The notes under the pieces: generated by a model
What the model was told of the DNA's origin: nothing
Databases searched by the model: none
Seen by the model: the letters and a program-made list of their open reading frames with translations, nothing else
Made by a program: the position numbers and the translations under genes
Source of the DNA: an uncultured Gammaproteobacteria bacterium
GTDB taxonomy: Bacteria; Patescibacteriota; Patescibacteriia; GCA-002772895
Assembly: GCA_964522845.1 (NCBI GenBank)
Contig: CAZFZQ010000002.1
Span: 1 to 39,097, forward strand
DNA: 39,097 nucleotides
Direction of reading: 5' to 3'
In this document: positions 16,751 through 23,599 of the stretch, piece by piece
How the letters are laid out: each line of letters begins with the position of its first letter
Numbering within the stretch: the stretch's first letter is position 1

Positions 16751-18480
16751 ACTATAAATACGGCAAAAAGAAAGCATTGATAAATGACAAGCGTTTATTT
16801 TTGCTTTCCATTATTATAGTGATGGCGGCCATGGTTATTGTGTCGCGCCTTTTTGTTTTGCAAATTATCCGCGGCGGAAAATATAGCGAACTCGCTTCCG
16901 GACGCCATAGTTTTTCTGAAGAGCTTACTGCCAAGCGAGGCGATATTTTTATAAAAGAATTCGGTTCGGACGCAACATATCCCGCGGCTACAAATCTTAC
17001 CATGTATTTGGCCTATGCCGAGCCGTCAAAAATACAAAATAAAAATAATACGGCGCGCGTTTTGGCGGAAGCCTTGAGTTTGGATGAAAAAGAATTGCTA
17101 AAAAATTTATCTGAAAATATTCCATATAAAGTGTTAGCGCACTTTGTGCCGGCCGAAACAATGGAAAAAATAAAAAGTTATAAATTTCCCGGCGTGGGTT
17201 TTGAAGAAGAAACAAAAAGAATTTATCCGGAAAAAGGTTTTGGGGGGCAGATTGTGGGATTTGTGGGATCAAACGGAAACAGTATCAGCGGCCGCTATGG
17301 GCTGGAAGGATATTTTGATAAAGATTTGACGGGAAAATCCGGATACTTGAAAGCGGAAAAAGATGCTTTGGGCCGGCTTATACCGTGGAGCGATGGAACT
17401 ACGGAGCAGGCGATGGACGGAATGGATTTATATCTAACAATTGACCGCAATATTCAATTTTATATTTGCAATAAAATCAAGGAGGGTGTGGCTAAATATG
17501 ACGCGGAATCCGGTACGATTATCATAATGGAGCCCGCGAGTGGAAAAATTTTGGCCATATGTTCTTACCCGGATTTTGATCCTAATAATTATAGCAAAAT
17601 CGCGGACCAATCAATATTTAATAATCCGGCGGTTTTCAGCCAGTATGAACCGGGTTCGGTTTTCAAAGCCATTACCATGGCCGCGGGCGTTGACGCGGGG
17701 CTGGTCAGTCCGGAAACAACCTACACGGACGAGGGAAGTATTTTTATAAAACCACATACCATTAAAAATTCTGATCATAAAACAAATGGCGTGCAAACCA
17801 TGACGCAGGTGCTGGAAAAATCATTAAACACGGGCGCGGTTTATGTGGCGCGGCTTTTGGGCCCGCAAAAATTTCGTGAATATGTGGAAGGTTTTGGTTT
17901 TGGAAATTTGACCGGCGTGGAATTGGATGGCGAAGCGCTGGGGGATGTGAGTTCGTTAAAAAAACGCGGTGAAATTTGGCCGGCTACGGCTTCTTTCGGG
18001 CAAGGCGTTTCCGTTACGTCGCTGCAGATGTTAAATGCTGTCAACGTGATTGCCAATGGCGGAAAATTGATGCAACCATATATTGTTGAAAAAGAGGTTG
18101 ACGCTTCGGGCGCAGTTCATGATATTCAGCCTAAAGCCATACGGCAGGCAATATCTTCCCGCACTTCCACGCTTTTGCGGGGCATGCTGACTTCGGTGGT
18201 GGAAAACGGCCATGGGAAAAAAGCCGGCGTACAGGGATATTTTGTGGGCGGCAAAACCGGCACGGCGCAGGTTTCTAAAAAAGAAGGCGGAGGGTATGAA
18301 GAAGGCAAAACTATCGGTTCTTTTATTGGTTTTGCGCCTGCGGATAATCCGGTTTTTTCCTTGCTTGTGAAAATTGATAATCCAAAAACCGTGCAATGGG
18401 CGGAATCGTCAGCCGCGCCCGTATTTGGCGAAATTGCCAAATATCTGCTAAATTATTATAAAGTTCCTCCTGAGAGATAA
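16747..18480 (+). CDS. Penicillin-binding protein 2/FtsI-type peptidoglycan D,D-transpeptidase
   Basis: N-terminal transmembrane segment, SVFK (SxxK) and KTGTA motifs. ATGA overlap with rarA. Confidence 0.9.
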   Translation: MNYKYGKKKALINDKRLFLLSIIIVMAAMVIVSRLFVLQIIRGGKYSELASGRHSFSEELTAKRGDIFIKEFGSDATYPAATNLTMYLAYAEPSKIQNKNNTARVLAEALSLDEKELLKNLSENIPYKVLAHFVPAETMEKIKSYKFPGVGFEEETKRIYPEKGFGGQIVGFVGSNGNSISGRYGLEGYFDKDLTGKSGYLKAEKDALGRLIPWSDGTTEQAMDGMDLYLTIDRNIQFYICNKIKEGVAKYDAESGTIIIMEPASGKILAICSYPDFDPNNYSKIADQSIFNNPAVFSQYEPGSVFKAITMAAGVDAGLVSPETTYTDEGSIFIKPHTIKNSDHKTNGVQTMTQVLEKSLNTGAVYVARLLGPQKFREYVEGFGFGNLTGVELDGEALGDVSSLKKRGEIWPATASFGQGVSVTSLQMLNAVNVIANGGKLMQPYIVEKEVDASGAVHDIQPKAIRQAISSRTSTLLRGMLTSVVENGHGKKAGVQGYFVGGKTGTAQVSKKEGGGYEEGKTIGSFIGFAPADNPVFSLLVKIDNPKTVQWAESSAAPVFGEIAKYLLNYYKVPPER

Positions 18481-18485
18481 AATAT

Positions 18486-19862
18486 ATGAAAAAAATATTA
18501 CAACAAATTCTCAAATATCTCGCGCGAAAAATTTTACAAAAATATAAGCCCGAGGTCATTGCCATCACCGGATCGGTGGGTAAGACCTCGGCCAAGGAAA
18601 CGATTCACACTGTTTTGATGAACACATTTTTAGTTCAACAGAATATTAAAAATTATAATAATGAATTGGGCGTGCCGCTTACGATTATCGGCGCGGAAGC
18701 GGCAGGAAAAAATATTTTCAAATGGCTCGGAGTATTTTTGAAAGCTGTTAAACTTTTGATGAGCGACCCCACTTCGCCCGTCCTCCGCACAAGGCTACGG
18801 AACGGCACAGCAAGGCTACGCGGGGCAAGCGCCAACTATCCAAAGGTTTTAATTTTGGAACTGGCCGTGGACAAGCCCGGCGACATGGATTATTTATTGG
18901 ATTTTGTGAAGCCCAGGATCGGAGTTTTGACGCGCATCGGACCAGTTCACTTGGAATTTTTCGGCACGCAAGAAAAGATTTTGCAAGAAAAATCAAAATT
19001 GATAAAAGCCTTGCCGCAAAACGGTTTTGCGGTTTTAAATTATGATTATAAAGATGTTTTGAGTTTGTGCGATATAACAAAAGCAAAGTGTATCACCTAT
19101 GGTTTTGACGAAGGCGCGGACGTGCGGGCGAAAAATATTTTATACGGCCGCGGGCCGGCCTCGACTGGCGCGAGTCCAGGCGGGCAGACGACTTTTACTC
19201 TGGAATACGGCGATAAAACATCGGCCGTGGTTCTTTTGCGCGCGGCTGGCAAACCGCAAATTTACGCTATATTGGCGGGTATTTGTTGCGGCATTGTGAA
19301 AGGAATGGATTTGGAAAAAATAAAAGAAGCGTTAAAAAGTTATGTGCCGCCAAAAGGCAGGGGCAATGTTTTAAAGGGTATAAAAAATACATTGATTATT
19401 GATGAAACTTACAATGCTTCGCCCCAAGCCGTGGAAGCGGCTCTGGAAAATTTGGCCCGTCTTTTTCCTCCCACCCTTGATAAGGGGGGGATAAGGGGGG
19501 GTAGAAGTGTCGCCGTCTTGGGCGACATGCTTGAACTCGGCCCCATTACACGCGACGCCCATCTATCGGTTGGAAAAAAAGCCGCGGAATTGGAATTGAA
19601 TTATCTTTTTACCGTAGGTTTGCGTGCTAAAGATATTGCCCGCGGTGCGCGCGAAGCCGGTATGATAAAGGATCGCATTTTTGAATTTTCCGACAACTTA
19701 TCTCTTGGCAAATTTTTGCAAGAAAAAATAGAAGAAGGGGATATTATTTTGGTCAAAGGTTCGCAAGGCGCGAGAATGGAAAAAGTTGTCAAAGAAATTA
19801 TGGCCGAGCCGGAGAGAGCCCATGAGCTTTTAGTAAGGCAAGATAAACAGTGGCAAGTATAA
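18486..19862 (+). CDS. murF: UDP-N-acetylmuramoyl-tripeptide--D-alanyl-D-alanine ligase
   Basis: ITGSVGKTS P-loop and Mur ligase middle and C-terminal motifs (DETYNASP, VKGSQGARME). Confidence 0.85.
   Translation: MKKILQQILKYLARKILQKYKPEVIAITGSVGKTSAKETIHTVLMNTFLVQQNIKNYNNELGVPLTIIGAEAAGKNIFKWLGVFLKAVKLLMSDPTSPVLRTRLRNGTARLRGASANYPKVLILELAVDKPGDMDYLLDFVKPRIGVLTRIGPVHLEFFGTQEKILQEKSKLIKALPQNGFAVLNYDYKDVLSLCDITKAKCITYGFDEGADVRAKNILYGRGPASTGASPGGQTTFTLEYGDKTSAVVLLRAAGKPQIYAILAGICCGIVKGMDLEKIKEALKSYVPPKGRGNVLKGIKNTLIIDETYNASPQAVEAALENLARLFPPTLDKGGIRGGRSVAVLGDMLELGPITRDAHLSVGKKAAELELNYLFTVGLRAKDIARGAREAGMIKDRIFEFSDNLSLGKFLQEKIEEGDIILVKGSQGARMEKVVKEIMAEPERAHELLVRQDKQWQV
18767..18830. repeat. Intragenic GC-rich element, family 1 (expanded copy)
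   Basis: CCCCACTTCGCC...AAGGCTACGG..AAGGCTACGCGGGGCAAGC. Encodes PTSPVLRTRLRNGTARLRGASA. Confidence 0.7.
19146..19190. repeat. Intragenic GC-rich element, family 2-like
   Basis: GCCGGCCTCGACTGGCGCGAGTCCAGGCGGGC. Encodes GRGPASTGASPGGQT. Confidence 0.5.
19467..19501. repeat. Intragenic G/C-tract element (CCTCCC...GGGGGGG family)
   Basis: CCTCCCACCCTTGATAAGGGGGGGATAAGGGGGGG. Encodes PPTLDKGGIRGG. Confidence 0.5.
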
Positions 19863-19863
19863 T

Positions 19864-20625
19864 ATGAAAATCCTTTTTTTGGATATTTTAACCGGCAATC
19901 CGGAATTGCGGAAAAATATCAATCAAAAAATATATAAAGGCGGGTCGTACGGCGAGCATTTGCGCAAATTATTCAGTTTGAAAAAGAGCGAATGGGCGGA
20001 GGTTGACGCTTCGCAAAAAATTCCATCGGATTTTTTAAAATTTGACGGCATTGTTATCGGCGGGTCAACGGAAGATCCGATGCCGGGCAGTGAAAAGCCC
20101 TGGATGAAAAAAATTTATCCGGCCATAAGAAAAATAATAAAAAATAAAATTCCTCTCTTGGGCATTTGCGGCGGCCTGCAATTTACGGCCAGAGCCCTGG
20201 GCGGAAAAGTTATTTTAAATCCAGGGGGGCGCGAGTTTGGAAGTGTAAAAATTACACTAAGTCAAGACGGAAAAAAAGATTTTCTTTTTTGCGGAATCTC
20301 AAAAAACTTTACTGCGCAATCCAGCCATAAATGCATGGTGGAAAAAATCTTGCCCGGTTCGCGGCTTTTGGCGTCTTCCGATATGTGCGGATTGCAGGCG
20401 CTATCTTTGGGCGATCGCGCGCGGCTTTTGCAATTTCATCCGGAAAAAACAAAAGCGCAATTGAAATCTTTGGCTAAAATGCGAAAATCAGCGCTTATTG
20501 CGGAGGGATTTGTACAGGACGAAAAGGACTTTAAAAAATTTTTAGCATCCATAAAAAATACGGAAACAGCAGGCAAAAAAATATTGAAAAATTTTATAAA
20601 TTTTGTTAAATTTGACAGCATTTAG
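19864..20625 (+). CDS. Class I glutamine amidotransferase-like protein
   Basis: GICGGLQ nucleophile elbow and LQFHPE His/Glu. The start is 1 nt after the murF stop. Confidence 0.8.
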   Translation: MKILFLDILTGNPELRKNINQKIYKGGSYGEHLRKLFSLKKSEWAEVDASQKIPSDFLKFDGIVIGGSTEDPMPGSEKPWMKKIYPAIRKIIKNKIPLLGICGGLQFTARALGGKVILNPGGREFGSVKITLSQDGKKDFLFCGISKNFTAQSSHKCMVEKILPGSRLLASSDMCGLQALSLGDRARLLQFHPEKTKAQLKSLAKMRKSALIAEGFVQDEKDFKKFLASIKNTETAGKKILKNFINFVKFDSI

Positions 20626-20739
20626 TTGGTTTGATACATTGTAATTATATGGTTCGCATGGCAAAAAATTATTGGTTTTATTTTACCTCTTTAGAGAAAG
20701 GGAATTTTTGCGCAATGTAAATTTTAAAAAAATTTTCGC

Positions 20740-20768
20740 AAAAACCTCTTTCTCGGAAGAGGTTTTTT
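20740..20768. terminator. Bidirectional-type terminator hairpin
   Basis: AAAAACCTCTT-tctcgg-AAGAGGTTTTTT. Confidence 0.75.
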
Positions 20769-20801
20769 AAATCTCTCCGAAACGTTCATTAACAATTCAG
20801 C

Positions 20802-20831
20802 CATTCTCTCATTCGTACGAATGAGAGAATG
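20802..20831. promoter_or_regulatory. Perfect 30-bp palindrome just upstream of, and overlapping, the first ligase start region
   Basis: CATTCTCTCATTCGT|ACGAATGAGAGAATG. No T-run follows. Confidence 0.6.
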
Positions 20832-20846
20832 AGAAAGGGAGCTGGA

Positions 20847-21602
20847 ATGAAGCGGAATGAATTTTTTGGGCTTTTCAAATTCAAAAAAGAACTGGCCGGA
20901 TTTGTCGGGGTTGAACGAGAGCATTTTCTTGTCGCGCAAAATGGCGAGACGGTTCCGAGGTCAAAAGATTTTTTGAAGGCGATTGGCGATCCGCGCTGGA
21001 CATACGAGCTTTCCGCCTGCCAGGTTGAGTCAAGAACGCGGCCGCAGAAAGATTTGTCAGCCATAGAACTGGAACTTTTGGAAAACGATAATAATGGCTG
21101 CCTCGTTGCTCGGAATTTAAATCTGCGCCTCGCGAATTTGGAAGTCGCACCGAATGATATGCCTTTGGATGTTTATCCCTTGCCGCGATATTTGGAGATT
21201 GTGAGCCGAATCAGCAAAACGGAACTTTTGGCCGCCTGCCAGGTTACCGGCACGCATCTTCATTTGGGAGTAAGAAATATGGCGGAGGCGATCGCGCTCT
21301 ATAATAGTTTGATCCCGTGCTTGGAAAAATTGTGCGAACTGGGTGATCATTCCGCGGGCGAACGGCTGAAGAGATACAAAAGGATGGCGAAAAATTGGCT
21401 GCCGCCTGTTTATGGAGGCACGGAAGACTTTTACGAAACGGCGATAGAACAAGGATTCGCTGAAAATCCGAAGAATTGTTGGCACCTGATTCGTATCAGC
21501 GCCCATGGCACGGTGGAACTGCGGATGTTTGGAGTGACGGATAATTTGGATGAGATTATTCTCTGGATCGAATCTGTGAAGCGGAAAGGAGGCGCGAAAT
21601 GA
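20847..21602 (+). CDS. GCS2-family carboxylate-amine ligase (compact, about 251 aa; alternative start at 20829)
   Basis: GVEREHFLV, ELSACQVESRT, GTHLHLGV, WHLIRISAHGTVELRMFG. Confidence 0.75.
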   Translation: MKRNEFFGLFKFKKELAGFVGVEREHFLVAQNGETVPRSKDFLKAIGDPRWTYELSACQVESRTRPQKDLSAIELELLENDNNGCLVARNLNLRLANLEVAPNDMPLDVYPLPRYLEIVSRISKTELLAACQVTGTHLHLGVRNMAEAIALYNSLIPCLEKLCELGDHSAGERLKRYKRMAKNWLPPVYGGTEDFYETAIEQGFAENPKNCWHLIRISAHGTVELRMFGVTDNLDEIILWIESVKRKGGAK

Positions 21603-21697
21603 GCGACCAAAATCTAAAAAGCGAGACCAAGAAGACGAGCGAACGGCAAGAAAAGGAAATACGCGCGGCGTATATATGGCGCAAGCGGAAAAAATAA
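21599..21697 (+). CDS. Micro-ORF, 32 aa, highly basic (MSDQNLKSETKKTSERQEKEIRAAYIWRKRKK)
   Basis: AAAGGAGG lies 6 nt upstream. ATGA overlap with the upstream stop and TAATG overlap with the downstream start. Confidence 0.5.
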   Translation: MSDQNLKSETKKTSERQEKEIRAAYIWRKRKK

Positions 21698-22974
21698 TGG
21701 CTAGCCCGGAGAGATTTCAAAAAGACGGCACCAAACTGCCGGTCGGACTTGAATCGGAAGTGGCGATTTACAAGCTCGGACTCGCGCCGGAAAATTACGA
21801 GGCGCTAAGAGACGCGATTCTGCGGGATGCGTCCGGGTTCACGGATGTGGAGCTGGGCGCGGCGCAGATTGAGTTACGCACATCGCCGGTTGATATTCTG
21901 TCCGTCTCCGGATTTAATCATCTGGGCGAGGAATACCAAAGGAATTTCGCCCAAGTAAAGAAAGCGGCGGAAGCGCGCGGCGCGAAAATTTTGCGCTTCG
22001 GGTCGAATCCATATTTGCCGATTAGGAATACGCCGCGCACCAACAAACCCAAGTATCGGCTGGTTCCGGATTTCTATAATGAAAACCGGAGGAAAGATGC
22101 TGATACGGTAATCGGCCTGGGAAGGTGCAGGGTTGATATTGGCGATGCGGCGATTGTTTCCTTGTTCCAGTCGTTTCAAGTGAATATGGAGGCATCGTCG
22201 TTTGAAGATGCCATCCGTAAAATGAACATTTCTTTCGCCATCGCTCCGTACCTTTTGGGATTTTCCGCCAATTCGCGCTACCTCGGGGGCTTTGATTTGG
22301 AAATCCAGGATATGAGGATGATTTCTTGGGAAAAAAGCCACGATACGAGAATCCAGGATTTGCGCATGATCGCGTGGGAAAAAAGTTTTGATGTAAGAAC
22401 GAGAGAAGAAATCCGCGCCGGCCGGATGCTCCGCGTGGGACTTCCGGAGCGATACTTCATTGATATGGCTGATTATCTGGGGCGCGCCGGACAATTTCCG
22501 TTTATTCTGCATAATCCTAACGCTGCACTTGCAATTGCGATTGGTATGACTTGGCTTGATACGCGGGTAAAATTCATTCAGGATTCATTGGTAGTGGAAT
22601 TGCGCCTTTTGCCGACTCAGCCAACCATAGAAGAAGAATTATTGATTACGCTTTTCTATATTGGCAGAGTGCGCGACGCTATTTTGAGGGATGAACAATT
22701 GCTGCCGTTTGAATGTGTCCGCGAAAATCGCCTGGCGGCAATGCTTTACGGAATGCATCGGCCGATGTGGTTTTTGCGGGATGATGGTGCGTTGAAAAAA
22801 ATGCCGTATCGGATGGGCATGCGCTTGGAGATTGAAAGGGCGGAGCGGGGGTTGCGGGAGCTCGGACTTTTACGTTATTTTGATACGGAGCTCTTGGCTG
22901 AAAATTTTGTTCGCGGCACGCCGTCGGACAGATTGGCAAAAAAACTTGCACAAGGAGGCCGCAATGCGCGATAA
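21697..22974 (+). CDS. GCS2/glutamate-cysteine-ligase-like carboxylate-amine ligase (alternative start at 21676)
   Basis: GLESEVAIY, ELGAAQIELRTSP, FQVNMEA, GFSANSRYL, WLDTRVKF..VVELRLLP. Confidence 0.75.
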   Translation: MASPERFQKDGTKLPVGLESEVAIYKLGLAPENYEALRDAILRDASGFTDVELGAAQIELRTSPVDILSVSGFNHLGEEYQRNFAQVKKAAEARGAKILRFGSNPYLPIRNTPRTNKPKYRLVPDFYNENRRKDADTVIGLGRCRVDIGDAAIVSLFQSFQVNMEASSFEDAIRKMNISFAIAPYLLGFSANSRYLGGFDLEIQDMRMISWEKSHDTRIQDLRMIAWEKSFDVRTREEIRAGRMLRVGLPERYFIDMADYLGRAGQFPFILHNPNAALAIAIGMTWLDTRVKFIQDSLVVELRLLPTQPTIEEELLITLFYIGRVRDAILRDEQLLPFECVRENRLAAMLYGMHRPMWFLRDDGALKKMPYRMGMRLEIERAERGLRELGLLRYFDTELLAENFVRGTPSDRLAKKLAQGGRNAR

Positions 22975-23044
22975 AAGAAGAGAAAAACGGATAGAAATTT
23001 TTCGCGCCTTTAACGAATGGCTTGAAAAAAATAGAGCCAAATAG
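22964..23044 (+). CDS. Micro-ORF, 26 aa, highly basic (MRDKRREKRIEIFRAFNEWLEKNRAK)
   Basis: AAGGAGG lies 5 nt upstream. Overlaps the ligase end by 11 nt. A terminator follows. Confidence 0.5.
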   Translation: MRDKRREKRIEIFRAFNEWLEKNRAK

Positions 23045-23047
23045 ACC

Positions 23048-23075
23048 AACCGCCTTTTTTATAAGGCGGTTTTTA
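23048..23075 (+). terminator. Rho-independent terminator
   Basis: AACCGCC...GGCGGTT followed by a T-run. Confidence 0.8.
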
Positions 23076-23118
23076 TATTGACTATTTGTAATTTTTTTGC
23101 TATTGTATTTGCATAAAT

Positions 23119-23212
23119 GCGGCCCCTTCGTCTAACGGTTAGCCCGCCTCGACTCGCGGACGTCGTCGACTCGCCTCGATTCGGCGAAGCGGGCGCGAGG
23201 CGGGGACGCGAT
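23119..23212 (+). pseudogene. tRNA-Glu-like 5' fragment (acceptor plus D-arm) with a repeat element in the D-loop, truncated at the anticodon stem
   Basis: GGCCCCTTCGTCTAACGGTTAG...[insert]...GGACGC matches the 5' third of a tRNA-Glu. No anticodon arm, T-arm or 3' acceptor strand follows. Confidence 0.55.
23143..23204. repeat. Composite GC-rich palindromic element (family 2 carrying the CTCGCCTCGATTCGGCGAAGCGGGCG core also seen at 32047)
   Basis: CCCGCCTCGACTCGCGGA...CGAGGCGGGG. Confidence 0.7.
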
Positions 23213-23217
23213 ATCTT

Positions 23218-23469
23218 ATGTATTCTATTTATTGGTTAGTAGATGAAACTAAAACAAGAACTTATGTTGGGTTCTCTGATGATTTATTTAGGCGGTTGTC
23301 TGAGCATAAAAACGGTAAAGTAAAAACGACCAAAAACTTTGGCGCTTTTCAATATAAAATATTGGAAGAAGTACAAACAGAAAATGAAGCAAGACAAAAA
23401 GAGCTCTACTGGAAGTCTTGCGCTGGAAGAAAAAAATTAAAGAAATTATTTCACGCCGCCATCGTCTAA
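23218..23469 (+). CDS. Small GIY-YIG nuclease-family protein (UPF0213/YhbQ-like, 83 aa)
   Basis: YIYWLVD..TYVGFSDDLFRRLSEHKNG...ARQKELYWK pattern. Confidence 0.75.
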   Translation: MYSIYWLVDETKTRTYVGFSDDLFRRLSEHKNGKVKTTKNFGAFQYKILEEVQTENEARQKELYWKSCAGRKKLKKLFHAAIV

Positions 23470-23529
23470 TGGTTAGGACGCTAGGTTCTCAACCTGGTAA
23501 TCGGAGTTCGATTCTCCGTGGCGGTACCA
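23455..23529 (+). tRNA. tRNA-Glu (anticodon CUC) with encoded CCA
   Basis: Manual cloverleaf: acceptor GCCGCCA/TGGCGGT, D-arm GTCT-AATGGTTA-GGAC, anticodon arm CTAGG-TTCTCAA-CCTGG, T-arm CGGAG-TTCGATT-CTCCG. Confidence 0.85.
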
Positions 23530-23530
23530 C

Positions 23531-23558
23531 AAAAAATCCAACACTCGTTGGATTTTTT
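23531..23558 (+). terminator. Rho-independent terminator
   Basis: ATCCAAC-actc-GTTGGAT followed by T6. Confidence 0.8.
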
Positions 23559-23599
23559 GATTTGAAAAAAAACACGGAAATTGGTAAGGTTATAGCACT

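Noticed and set aside
19864-20625. Calling the GATase GatD of the MurT/GatD lipid II amidation pair
   Set aside because: No MurT-like gene is adjacent, and the nucleophile-elbow context looks like generic GuaA-type class I GATase. The idea is kept only as a hypothesis.
20649-20720. 23-aa ORF (MVRMAKNYWFYFTSLEKGNFCAM) between the GATase and the terminator
   Set aside because: No SD, no overlap or coupling signal and no distinctive composition. There is insufficient support.
21874-22512. 212-aa minus-strand ORF
   Set aside because: It is antisense to the GCS2 ligase, which has clear family motifs. It is a shadow ORF.
21599-23044. Reading the micro-ORFs as Pup/UBact-like tags
   Set aside because: Neither peptide ends in Gly-Gly-Gln/Glu or a similar C-terminal carboxylate motif, and no proteasome or Mpa-type genes are nearby. 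The PafA/Dop case is kept only as an analogy.
23207-23235. Possible suppressor-type anticodon loop (UUA) after the tRNA fragment
   Set aside because: The stem pairs poorly, position 33 would be C, and no T-arm or 3' acceptor strand follows. The apparent loop is just the start of the GIY-YIG ORF.
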